A DNA stretch of 64,000 bases, taken from the NCBI GenBank assembly GCA_040954595.2, contig CM082594.2:3519319-3583318 (forward strand). Direction: 5' to 3'. Below, one piece after another: positions 54,101 to 64,000 of the stretch. The DNA comes from Balanoglossus misakiensis (taxonomy: Eukaryota; Animalia; Hemichordata). The translations under genes were made by a program, and so were the position numbers. The notes under the pieces were generated by a model. That model saw nothing but the letters and a program-made list of their open reading frames with translations. It made no database searches and was not told where the DNA came from. Within the stretch, counting starts at the first letter, position 1. Each line of letters opens with the position of its first letter.

Positions 54101-57100
54101 ACAAACGTAACCACCTATCAAGGTCATATGAATATTTGGCATGACACTAGTTTACTGTATATTTTATCGTTTTTTATGCTACACGTGTTGAGACAATTTA
54201 TTATGTATTGCAAGCTCTATATAAGAATTGGCGTGAGACTAAGAACAATCTTAGCTCATATTCTTGAAAGAAATATGTATGAACCTCCAGCAAAACGACG
54301 ACGAAGTGATATCAGATGTTCGAAAATAGTAAGCGAACCCTGCCCATTGTGTTGCACCCAACTTTAGTTTCAAGGCAAAAACGTGACATTGTATCCTATA
54401 CTTTGAATGTTATTTTAATTGTCATTCCCACGATATGCAGATGACGATTATTTGCCACGTTATTACTGCTGCCAGTATTCACGAGACCCCTATTTCTGTG
54501 ACTTGTATTCTGAGAAGAGACCCCCCGGAACGTGTGATGGATATTTCCCTCCAATATGGGGTAAGTGATGGAATAAGACTAGTGTGTAGCTCGAGAGTTT
54601 CCTGCTTGAGAGCCATGGTTTGTTCATTGCTTAATCACCCATTCTTGCCCAGAAATCCAACAGTTAATGACAAGTACCTTATTTTAATGACCTTATACTC
54701 AAAAATCGACATTATGGGGTCACCTACCCAAAAGTATTCAACAAAATGTTGTTTAAAATGGCCGAAGGATGTAATTGACGATAGGCATTTAAACGTGGAG
54801 AACAGTACGGGACTGAACTTACAATCAAACGAACGATTGTCTTGTTTGATAATGTGATTGCGTGATGTATAAATAAGAATATAGTACAACTTTCAAGACA
54901 CTGAAAATGAATTTCAGTTATATGGCAACGCTTATAAAATATCCGAATATATTTTATTAGCCATTATTCATGCAATAATACCGTTTCATATCCCCTTGAC
55001 TTGAATATAGGATGGATGCTTGGGGATCCCCACATCACAACTCTTGATGGCGTTTCATACACATTCAACGGACATGGCGAGTACACACTGGTAAAAGTCG
55101 ACGATGATGCCTTCAATCTACAAGGAAGAACTGCGAGAGCGGAAACAAAGAACGGCACAGAAAGCCAGGCCACTGTGTTTGTGGCATTTGCTGCAAAAGA
55201 GGAGAACAGTTCCACGGTATGTTGGGGGCATCAGGAAGGGTGTAGTAATATGTTGTTACTCAGTTTCATCGATGTTGAAACGGTTGCGTTTACTAGATCA
55301 TTGGGCTTGTATATGGCAAAAGAGGATATAGCAGTTATTATTGCATATGAATTGCAGATCATTCCGTCGTTCACTACTTCATAATTTAGTATTGCCACCA
55401 ATTAAAGTGAACATGGTGAAAAATAGTCCCTTTAAGAATTCAATTTTGTTGAATAAACTGTCGAAAAGCAAGTACTATTTTAAACTTTCTGTTCCAGTTC
55501 TGCCATATGGCAGTTCAGATTAAATAGTCACGTAATAGACTGTTTATTATAATTGATGTTGATCAATGTTAATGGCGTTACTGCTATGTCACTATCTAGA
55601 TTCACGTTCAGCTGACGGAAGACGGTACAGACTACGATATATGGATCGACGGAGAGCCTTTTAATAAAACCTTTCTGGATTACCGTGAGTTTTGTTATTT
55701 TAATATCTGAATTGTTGCGTGCTGATTTTTAATAGTTAAAGTATGCCCCATGCCTTATCTACGTTGCAAGGAGTTATCATGATGTACACAAATACGGAAA
55801 ACATAAATACATCAAGATATATTGTCTTTGTTGATGTGAAACTCGGGACTCATTAATAAGTATTGTAATAATATTTGCCGTGGTAATTACCGTACCATAA
55901 CCTTACCTAATCAGTCCTGTCCTTCTGTCCCTCCCCTCCCACAAATGCGCAATAGATCCATGTTCGCCAGGTAGACTAACCGTATATATGTTGCGGTATT
56001 TAGATGAACAAGGTTGCTTAAAAATGATGTCTGGCACGCATGACAAACGTATAGTGCAAAAGGCACGTTTATAACTGTAATGGGCGGTGTTGACAACTCT
56101 GCCGCAAGAAACCAACTGGCGGAATAATTCCAAAAGTTACTATTGAACATGAGGCGAACGTAATAACAAGCACCAATTGCTACATTTGAGTAGGCGAGCT
56201 GAAATTTGATTGGGCAAAGTAAAGGAAGTGCCTGATTGGCCAAAAGTGATCTGCATCAGGATCCGCATGGCGATGCAAGGTTTTATATACTATAATTGTT
56301 CAAATAATAGTTATTTGTTCTCCGACAATATCATCTTTTTGTGTCTAGTGGCCTACACACCGAACGGAACAAATCTTTCACTGTCATTGAAGCAAGATGA
56401 TTCCTCGACCGGGTCCACTGAGAAGGTCAGATTTGTTGTGTCCTTTCCATCGAAGATAGCGATATCAATTGGAGTTGCAGAGCAAATGCTGGACGTTCTG
56501 TTTTCGGCACCAGACGTGTTCAAAGGTCGCGTTTCCGGCTTGTTAGGTAAATATTTATATCTTCACTACAAATTCCCTGACAGGTGAAAGCTAAATAATA
56601 ATTTTATGAAATCCAAACACAGGCATGGTGGATGACATTTAAATGGCGATTTTGGCCACATTTTGCCCTACTGTATATAAGTCTAATGGGTATTTTCATG
56701 TGTGTTCCCGGGTGATTCAGTTATTGGCAGTGTAATCGGTCACCGCCAAGCATTTTCACGCTATAGAAATAACGGTATCATTACTTGGAAACATTAAAAT
56801 AACGAACACAATATTTACTGACTGTTAACACACTTGAGGGATAGGAATTGTAATTCAGAACATTATGTCAACTCGTATGTCTTCATGGCCACCACAGGTT
56901 TCTGGGATGATGACCCCGCTCATGAGTTTAAATTACCGGATGGTTCGTTCAAACAACCAACTGGAGAGAACTTCACCGACGCTGAATATTTCGAGTTCGG
57001 CCAGCAGTGTAAGTATGGCAGTAATGGGAAAGTGGGGGATCTGTGTCAGATATTTGTTTGCCACATGCACTGACGCGATCAGTTAGAGTTCGAAACCCGT

Positions 57101-60100
57101 GATATATAAAGGTAATTTGGGCCTAAGGAGATTGTTTAAAAGGTTGATTACCCAAATGCAACTGGTTTTCAATTTCAATTTCAAGTCCAAATGTCATAAC
57201 CCACTGAGTCAACTATTATATACCATAGCTAAATGTAGCTTGACAAATATATTTTCTTCTCATAAAATTAACTTATGAAATGTAATACACCAACTTCTTT
57301 TGTTAATTCCTTGCAAATTTACCTTATAGGGAATATCTCCGCCGAAGATTCACTCTTTTGGTACGAAGTGGGCAAGTCGTGGTCGGACTACAACGAACCA
57401 GACTTCGTGCCCAAATTTTTAGACGAACTCATCGAGAAGTACACCACAGACGATCCTGAATATTTAAATAAAATCCGATCAAACTGCGGCGATGACCAGC
57501 AATGTCTTTTCGATTCTTTGGCAACCGAGAGAGAAGACATCGGGTTGCTCACCAAGGACTCGTCCAATCAAATAAAACAACAGCAGAATGATTTAGGTAG
57601 GGCACCTTAAAGTCATGCGGCAGTCGACTAACTGTTTAACTAGTTTCATGTATTTATGTGTACATTTTAAGTCTGTCTGTCTGTCTGTCTGTTTTTCTGT
57701 GAGTTGATGTACCAAGATCGCGTGAGTGAGGGCCAGGCGTGCTCAAGGCTAACCTGAGCTATTTGAAACACCTGGTTGGGCGATGTGGATTTTTAGCCCA
57801 ATGGTTTTGCACGCAGATCTGCTTACTACTTGAATTGGTGTAGTAGGTTTGTGATCGAATTTCTTAAAATACAAGTCGAGTCGAGCTTATTATTTTACAT
57901 GCTATGATTATTTCCCTTCCGTCTAGATAACTTCCCTCCAAACGTCACCATTCGGGGTAGTTCACTCTTAGAGGTGGAAGTGGGACGACCCGTGTCATTT
58001 CAGTTACAAGCAACCGATCCCAATGGAGACGACATCGAATTTAAACTTCAGGATAATGTACTCGGGGCTTCCATTTCCCAGGGTAAGTAACAGGCAGGCA
58101 ATGAACATGTAATTTGCCAGTCGCCATGTTAGGGTATGGCCCACTTTGCATATTGGAGATCTCAGTACATCATTTACACCATCTGTTTTGTGGGTTATCT
58201 ATGCAATCATATCGTAAATCACCAAGGAAGAAATCGTTTAGTTGGCTTAGAAGGCATTCGTTATGTACTTACTTAGTCAAAACTATTTCTTACAGCTTTG
58301 AAAGGTGTAGAAAAGGGGGATTGATAACACACACTACTCATTTGTTCTAAGACATATGTGAATGACAAGTATAATTAGAATGCTCCATCTGAGCAATGGT
58401 GATTAAATGTGTGCTTTGCATTGTACATTTAAACTGCACTAATTTTTTTCACTGGTGATTGAAATGAGGTCAAAAGTACATGTATGTAATTTTCAATGTA
58501 GATGGAAATTTCACATGGACCCCCGCAGACAAAGAAATGGTCAACATCTCAATTATCGTTACTGATGGCATGGCCAGCACTGCTGTAGTACCACTAATCA
58601 AAGTATGTGAATGTCAAAATGGCGGCAGCTGCAACTATAACGTGTCAGTAGACGGATACGACGTGAACAATGACAAATTTGCGGTATGTTCTCTTTATGG
58701 CGCTGTAAAATTCAAACTGCGTTTTTAACACGTGTGGTGAAAATACCGACAGAGACAACTGTACATTTTGTTTCCAAACATTTGAAGTAAGGGACCCCTA
58801 TTGATCCCGCAATTACCACTCGACAGAAAACCTCGTGTTTATCGATACTCTTCCTGGTTGTTTCACTTCTGAGAAATATATTTTTGTTCAAACACCAGGT
58901 GTCATTTTTTATCTCATGATAACTAGTCACTAATAACTGCTCCTCATAACTAATTTCTTGTGATTGTATTATTTAATGTATGCAGGTAGTGACATGCACA
59001 TGTCCATCTGGCTACACGGGTGACTTCTGTCAGAACGACTACGACGCCTGTTTAGACAATCCTTGTTTTCCCGGTGTGAACTGCACGGACAAATCACCCG
59101 ACGAGGGCGCTGCGTTTGAATGCGGGGACTGTCCAGATGGTCTGATTGGAAACGGCACCAAGTGTTTTGGTAAGTTTAATGTGTGTAAGAATGACGCGTG
59201 ATATGGGAAGAGGTGAGTTCATGTAACCCCAATCGACGAGAACCCATAACTATATCCTGGTTCATAGGTTAAGGTTAATCAAATTGTACCTTGTTTGTAG
59301 CACATCTTTTCGCTATGAATACAATATACATTTAACTGTAAAATAAAATAAAATGTTGTTTTCAAGTATGCTTGCGGTACGATGCCAGCTTTCACACATC
59401 CTGTTCGTAATTGAGTTTCAAAGCAAGGGTTTGTGCCTTTGATAGACTCCCGCATTGTACATCTTTTAGAAGGTACAAAGGTCGGTCTTATTGCATGGGT
59501 TAAAATGAAAAGACCGAAGGAAGTAATTTTCACGCCCGTACACGTTGACATTGATGATAAGCCAGACATTAGGGACATCAAGTATAATTGTTTATAGCAC
59601 ACACCTTCAATCATCATCGTGAAAGTGGGTACAATGTAGGAATGCAAATCGAAGTGGTTTGCACGTGAGTTGAATTAGTCCTATTTAGCAGCTCTTCTAA
59701 CATTTTGTTGGTGGTGGTGATATTTCAGACTTCGACGAGTGTGAAGAGGGGAGGGATTTCGATCCAAGTCAATCGTTTTGTGACCAAATCTGTGTAAACA
59801 CTCTTCGAAGTTATTCATGCCGTTGTTTCGAGGGTTATCGTCTCAATGAAGACAAAAAGGGATGTACAGGTAACATCATTTAAATGTCTTAATTATCAAC
59901 CCAGGTTCAGATATTTTCATGGCATTTCAAAGCAATGTTGCTAAAAAACTACATACCTTAACATATACAATTACTAAAAATACTGTGTTCTATTTATGAG
60001 TGTTTTGACAAGCCATTCTCCTGCCAGAGAATAGCTGCGTGTTTTGAACTTTGCGAATGTTTCACTATTTGGCAAATATACAATCCACATTTAATTTTAC

Positions 60101-60369
60101 GACTGGCTAGAAGAAACTAGAATAGACTGTCTTAATATACCTCTTCCTACTCCATATACAAAGTGCAAAGTTACATTAATTTCTTTCAGACATTGATGAA
60201 TGCGCCGAAAACATCGATGACTGTCACCAGAAGGCAACGTGCATCGACACTGACGGTGGATTCAACTGCAGTTGCAATGCTGGCTACAGGGGAGTCGATG
60301 GAAATAGAACATTGTGTGAAGGTAAGACATTTACGAAAATGAAGATTTTTTTATTTGTCTGTGTTGTCT

Positions 60370-60400
<31 letters not shown>

Positions 60401-63400
60401 TTTCAGATATCAATGAATGTTTGGATTCTCCGTGTGGTGAAAATGCAGCATGTGGAAATATTGTAGGAAGTTACAAGTGTACATGTTTGGATGGTTATGA
60501 ATTTGAGAGTGACAATATATTCAATTGTACAGGTAAGACATCGCATCACATCACATCACTAACGGCATGCCACACTACACCATATACCACATAACATCAC
60601 ATCACACTGCAACGTTTTGTACAAAAACCATTTCAAAGTTTCATTGCAAACAGTCAAATACCCCACCGTTGAGGCACACTGAATAAACGTGGAATTGTCT
60701 CCTTATTTGTCACCCTTTTATCGGACCTTTTCAGTATAACACGCACGTGAGATATATGACATATTTTAGAAGTCTAAATCCATATGGTGTATGTTATTTG
60801 CAGATATTGACGAATGCGAGAGACGCAATGATAATTGCTATCCTGAGGCCACTTGCACCAACACCGACGGCTCCTTTGAATGTCAGTGCAACGACGGATG
60901 GACAGGAGATGGGATCACTTGCTCTGACGTCAAAGAATGTGATGACGTCACATTGAATGACTGCCACCCAAGGAGGGCTAACTGCATTGAACTTGACGGC
61001 AGTTACTCGTGTTCGTGTAGGGATGGGTATGTCGGAGACGGCAAAACATGCGACGGTAAGACATGACCTGCGCAGAAGCATGAATATGTCCACTTGTCTT
61101 ATTGTATGTCCACATTCAATGCTATACAGTTTGTATACAAATGTGGCGTTAAACGCATGTCGTTGTAGTTTATTTTTTCTGTAAATTGGCAAATACCAAG
61201 TACAGGTATATCGAAATATTTACAGCAAGAACCACATATTGCAAGGAAAACCTGTGCATGAAACAAATCCTGTACTTTTCGAAGTTAAAATATTGGAAGC
61301 AGAGATTTCGTAACATGTTATGGGTTGTGAACATGTATATTTCCAATGTAACTTCCGGTAAAAAAATCCTTGGCCACAGCTGTAGAAATCACAATTCTAT
61401 GTATCGATAACATTATCTTGTTCTTTCTAAAGTTCCCATTATATTTCTAGGTAAATTGCAACATGTATGACGTTTACGAACCAATGATATTAAGTGCAGT
61501 TAATTGAAAATCTGGACCTGTATTGTTGTTGTTTTGTAGACACGGATGAGTGCACCACTGGCGACTACCAGTGTTCAGCGACAGGATCTGAATGTGTGAA
61601 CACGGTTGGGTCGTACCGCTGTGTGTGTGCAAACGGCTACATTGGTGGTGGAACTAGTTGTGAAGGTAAAATGCTATAAAAGTATACAGACATGTTAACC
61701 ATGAGAAACTACAATGCGTACACTAAGAGAATGGGTGTTGCATTGATCTTATACTATTCTTAGATAAGTGCCTTAACTGTACCATTACTCCTCCATTCCT
61801 TCATTAGGCCTAATTCTCAGCCTACAAGTAGATGAGACATTTCGTTTCCTTTCGTAGGTGAACTTTGAATAGTGTTGCAAATTTTGTGTTCTATCAAACC
61901 GATGTTCTCACTTTAACTGAAGTGGAAAAATCTAAATGTAACAAGCCAAAAGAATTGAACCACGGTCTTGGTTCAAGAGATCCCCTTCCTGCTTACTGGT
62001 CCGCGCCAATGTTTTGTACTTTAAGTGTTTAGCCCATGTTAGCCTTGGGGTCAAGTTACAACAAAGTGTAAACTTTAACCCTTTCACCCCCAGTTCCCTC
62101 TTTAGAGGTCCAACTTTACCATAAAAAACAAAGGGTTTTGACAGAACCAAGGTAGTGGATGGGTTAAACCCTTAAACGTCGTTGCTCTCAGTTGCTTGAT
62201 GAGCCATTTCAAATTATGCAAATGTTTCCATTCATCATGAACACAGGCAGTTAACTTGCATTAATGCCATATTTAATGTTTCTGCGACTAACACTTAACT
62301 TGAAGATATCAACGAATGTGCCGACAATACCACGAACACATGCTCGCCAAATGCAAGATGTGAGAATGTGGAAGGATCGTACACATGCGATTGTAGAACT
62401 GGTTACCTGGGAGATGGTCGAATATGTTCAGGTAGGATTGCTAAAAGGACTGATCCGTCATTCAGATTTGGAGTCCTCGATGTCTGGAAGATGTCCTAGA
62501 TCTTGGTGGTTTCCATTTTTTATACAAATGTCTTGAAAGTGAAGCGAGGCGGGCTTTGTCTGAACAATTATCTGTTGTTTTTTTTCACCCAGATGTTGAC
62601 GAATGCGCTCATGGCGATGAGAGCAACTGTCACGATGACGCTACCTGCGTGAACACATTGGGTAGTTTTATGTGCCTCTGTAATACCGGGTATACAGGCG
62701 ATGGAACTAACTGCACAGGTTAATGTTCTTTTTATGTTATAATTTTAACACATTTGTCAAGTGTAGAAAAGTTATACTTTATTATAATATTTGTTGAAAA
62801 ACACGTCAGCCCCTCTTATGAATACATACACACACTCAATCCAATACTCAACTGCTCGAGACACTTACGTTTATTGATCGTTTATGGTCGTTGAAAATTC
62901 ATATGAAACTTGAAGAGAATTGTCATATTAAAACAGCACTTGCCCGTAGTTGTGTCAAGAATGTTAATTTTCTAAGCATTTGTATCGTGATGTATGTGGG
63001 ACTATCCTCGAATGGCCCAATGGTATAAAACAATTGAATTTATTTCTAAAACTGCTTTTTATTGAACTTCAATGCATATTCTGCCACAAGAGTCTAGCAG
63101 TTCTGACTGTTGTGTTTTTAATCTCAAATGCCAAATTTGTGTGGATAATTTTGCAGATGTGGACGAATGTAATGATAATATCTGCAATCAGACCTGTACA
63201 AATACTATCGGAGATTATGAGTGCTCTTGCCAAGAAGGTTTCATTATCAACCCCGACGGACTACGCTGCGATAGTAAGAGAAAGTTAACCCATTTCATAG
63301 TTGAATACAATGGATATTGTTTATCTATAGCTGGGATATGGGAAACACTTCCCTATTCGGCTTGGTAATATCTCAACTCCGTAGGACTCGTAAAACATTC

Positions 63401-63659
63401 CCTTTGCGAGTTAGGCCTACCATTTACAGATGCACGTTTTACACTGGTCGTGAGCGACTCATGTCTACTTATTAAGTCCCCTCAGAGTTAACGCTATTGA
63501 ATTACTATTCTTTTACAGCCATCAATGAGTGTACGTACAAAACAGACAATTGTTCCCAACTTTGCACTGACACCGATAGCACAGATTCAAGTTTGGCCTC
63601 ATACATATGCAGCTGTATCGATGGATTTTATCTCGAAGAAGACGGGTTCACTTGTACAG
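11939..63659 (+). CDS. Giant multi-exon mucin-like extracellular protein gene (MUC4/SUSD2-type NIDO-AMOP-VWD-EGF core with Sushi, HYR and PTS arrays); 5' start not found, continues past the window end
   Basis: About 90 exons with AG/GT boundaries and compatible phases, all on the + strand. Domain motifs: Sushi (C-P..L..P..G.V.C....YNSTC.FSC.EGF.......TC.....W), HYR (EPP.F..CP.NI......A.VSW.EP...DNSG.....HSPGS.F..G.T.VTYTA.D..GN...C.F.V.V), cbEGF (DIDEC), NIDO ([34 protein letters not shown]), AMOP (CLDW, CPC, YCC, RP..C) and VWD ([10 protein letters not shown]). That the arrays and the core form one transcript is inferred from phase compatibility. Confidence 0.85.
12320..12499 (+). CDS. Sushi/CCP exon (180 nt, phase 1-1)
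   Basis: ttcag|CTCTGTCATGC...TGCAGAG|gtgag; four-Cys Sushi pattern with Trp. Confidence 0.85.
13623..15633 (+). mobile_element. Helentron/DINE-type (HINE-like) element carrying a satellite-like central array, in an intron
   Basis: Layout is a short left segment, ~5.8 tandem 239-bp units, a unique segment, a (CATA)n microsatellite (about 15505-15592) and a terminal palindrome aggtcc..ggacct, inserted in an A-rich site. This matches the DINE-1/Pearl/Tsp-type architecture. Confidence 0.7.
13688..15090. repeat. Tandem repeat, 239-bp unit, five full copies plus one diverged partial copy
   Basis: The motif ctgctc(t/c)ggatgccaagatatgg recurs at 13688, 13927, 14166, 14405, 14643 and 14882. Confidence 0.95.
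16034..16144 (+). CDS. EGF exon (phase 1-1)
   Basis: cag|AT CCA TGT...; [37 protein letters not shown]; gtaag donor. Confidence 0.85.
16973..17353 (+). CDS. Thr/Pro-rich mucin (PTS) exon; 5' boundary uncertain
   Basis: Open frame of [14 protein letters not shown]-type repeats and a CAG|GTATC donor at 17353. The pyrimidine tract at 16921-16933 is not followed by AG; the first in-phase AG is at 16971-16972. Confidence 0.55.
17662..17889 (+). CDS. Second-type PTS mucin segment (15-aa TTEG..TQ..PTTVL repeat); possibly a pseudo-exon
   Basis: Open repeat frame, but splice sites are weak (possible GT donor after 17844 or GC donor after 17889) and it runs into a decayed Sushi relic. Confidence 0.4.
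18110..18349 (+). CDS. HYR exon (type 2); ancestral acceptor mutated (CAA), in-phase AGs at 18109 and 18127
   Basis: [30 protein letters not shown]...[18 protein letters not shown]; G|gtagg donor. Confidence 0.65.
18501..18758 (+). CDS. Thr-rich linker exon (258 nt, phase 1-1)
   Basis: ttag|TC AAG ATT GAA...ACT AAA G|gtaaa; [26 protein letters not shown]... Confidence 0.7.
18978..19157 (+). CDS. Sushi/CCP exon (180 nt)
   Basis: tttccag|...TGTATAG|gtgag; [34 protein letters not shown]. Confidence 0.85.
19684..19809 (+). CDS. EGF exon (paralog of 16034-16144)
   Basis: [42 protein letters not shown]; flanking introns are similar to those of the 16034 and 46007 EGF exons. Confidence 0.8.
20038..20070. 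repeat. (GATT)n microsatellite
   Basis: Read directly from the sequence. Confidence 0.9.
20122..20301 (+). CDS. Sushi/CCP exon (180 nt)
   Basis: atacag|GT CTG CCG TGT...TGT TCA G|gtgag, open frame. Confidence 0.85.
20870..21280 (+). pseudogene. Two broken HYR exon relics (3' half at 20870-20951; 5' half at 21149-21280)
   Basis: The first lacks its 5' half and acceptor (unrelated DNA upstream). The second stops after ...SGQMPTV* with no donor. Confidence 0.75.
21334..27958 (+). CDS. Array of 15 HYR exons (type 1), each 246 nt, phase 1-1
   Basis: Exons at 21334-21579, 21751-21996, 22497-22742, 22933-23178, 23369-23614, 23811-24056, 24254-24499, 24636-24881, 25079-25324, 25519-25764, 25955-26200, 26394-26639, 26837-27082, 27273-27518, 27713-27958. 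All have AG/GT boundaries and open frames; the exon+intron period is about 440 bp. Confidence 0.9.
28319..32353 (+). CDS. Array of 12 near-identical Sushi/CCP exons, each 180 nt, phase 1-1
   Basis: Exon starts 28319, 28674, 29015, 29356, 29708, 30063, 30404, 30757, 31119, 31481, 31822, 32174. Consensus [27 protein letters not shown](I/S)[12 protein letters not shown](V/I)[11 protein letters not shown](A/E)SDNFTC(L/S); ttcag acceptors and gtgag donors. Confidence 0.92.
32906..43416 (+). CDS. Array of 16 type-2 HYR units plus PTS exons, organised as three copies of a ~2.8-3.3 kb cassette
   Basis: Canonical-acceptor exons: 32906-33151 and 42045-42290. PTS+HYR fused exons: 35384-35908 and 38697-39266. 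PTS exon from 41487 (donor uncertain, 41768 or 41813). Shifted-acceptor candidates: 33497-33712, 34053-34274, 34616-34819, 36254-36469, 36810-37025, 37366-37587, 37929-38132, 39612-39827, 40157-40378, 40719-40922, 42627-42848, 43195-43416. All HYR units end ATAG|GTAGG or ATAG|GTAAG. Confidence 0.6.
44324..45319 (+). CDS. Large mucin PTS exon (996 nt) with about 20 copies of a 14-aa (42-bp) [14 protein letters not shown] repeat
   Basis: ORF 44323-45345; in-phase acceptor ctactacag|TG and donor TTG|gtaag; ends with [11 protein letters not shown]. Confidence 0.8.
46007..51052 (+). CDS. Ten EGF/cbEGF exons upstream of NIDO
   Basis: Phase 1-1 exons 46007-46120, 46539-46658, 46859-46990, 47445-47567, 47917-48027, 48347-48457, 49088-49201, 49375-49512, 50256-50393, 50930-51052. 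Six-Cys EGF spacing; D(I/T)(D/N)EC calcium-binding motif in most. Confidence 0.9.
51229..53390 (+). CDS. NIDO domain and start of AMOP (4 exons)
   Basis: Exons 51229-51389, 51894-52070, 52403-52636, 52880-53390. Motifs [69 protein letters not shown]. Confidence 0.9.
53761..54560 (+). CDS. AMOP domain exons (53761-53958, 54441-54560)
   Basis: GAGQRCRY ... [35 protein letters not shown] matches the AMOP C-terminal pattern of MUC4/SUSD2 (P..WCC......C.LY...RP...C..Y.PP). Confidence 0.88.
55011..57596 (+). CDS. VWD domain with GDPH motif and following Cys-containing region (5 exons)
   Basis: Exons 55011-55216, 55600-55684, 56349-56546, 56898-57008, 57330-57596. Motifs [34 protein letters not shown]|[28 protein letters not shown]; exon phases join correctly. 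Confidence 0.92.
57927..59169 (+). CDS. Cadherin/Ig-like module and two EGF domains (57927-58082, 58502-58683, 58986-59169)
   Basis: NFPP...[13 protein letters not shown]...GNFTWTP...IIVTDG, then CECQNGGSC...[28 protein letters not shown]. Confidence 0.88.
59729..63659 (+). CDS. C-terminal cbEGF exon block (9 exons, 10 EGF domains; gene continues)
   Basis: Exons 59729-59869, 60190-60321, 60407-60532, 60804-61055 (two EGF), 61540-61665, 62306-62431, 62593-62718, 63157-63273, 63519-63659; all phase 1-1 with a DxDEC/INEC motif. Confidence 0.92.
60370..60403. repeat. (TTTA)n microsatellite forming the acceptor tract of a cbEGF exon
   Basis: Read directly; lies immediately before ttcag|ATATCAATGAATGT. 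Confidence 0.9.
62079..62163. mobile_element. Short piggyBac-like MITE in an intron
   Basis: TTAA|CCCTTTCAC ... GTGGATGGG|TTAA: TTAA TSD and CCC/GGG termini with an imperfect TIR. Confidence 0.55.
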
Positions 63660-64000
63660 GTAAGGCCAAAGATTAGGGTGTCAACAAATACATAGAGGAA
63701 TATCTCACTTTAACTGTTCAGTTCAAATTATTTATCCAATGGTCACTTACATGTATATCGGACATGGCTTCCTTGTATACACATGACCTATGCACTGAAC
63801 GCTATCATTCAGAAAATCTGACGTCTTTCATGCGAGTCACGTTTTACTAATGAGAGTTTGGATTAGCTGCAGCGTTTATACGCAAATCAAGTTTGACTGT
63901 CTTGTTCGATCCGTAGTGAACGCAACTCGCAATTGTTCTTTGGATATGTGCATCAATGGTACCTGCTACAATAACAGTGATGACGCCGAAGTGTGCTATT

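Overview
Eukaryotic, AT-rich, intron-rich genomic DNA, probably from a marine invertebrate (an ambulacrarian or other invertebrate deuterostome is an inference from the domain content and repeat types). The left end holds a coding exon of an HSPBAP1-like JmjC gene on the minus strand. About 1.5-11.9 kb is a repeat-rich intergenic region with duplicated repeats, MITE-like hairpins, a Kolobok-like element and a 5'-truncated L2-type LINE. From about 11.9 kb to beyond the right end lies one giant plus-strand multi-exon gene for an extracellular mucin-like protein. Its C-terminal part is a well-formed MUC4/SUSD2-type core (EGF block, NIDO, AMOP, VWD with GDPH, cadherin/Ig-like module, cbEGF block). 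Its N-terminal ~33 kb consists of recently amplified tandem arrays of symmetric phase-1 exons: 16 Sushi/CCP, about 32 HYR, and several Thr/Pro-rich mucin exons, with higher-order repeats, chimeric exons, exon fusions and decayed exon relics. Twelve HYR exons have lost the ancestral AG acceptor but carry an in-phase AG exactly 24 nt downstream. If all exons were included the product would exceed roughly 6,000 aa by my manual sum. I could not locate the start/signal-peptide exon. All exon coordinates were read by eye from splice signals and reading frame, without transcript evidence.
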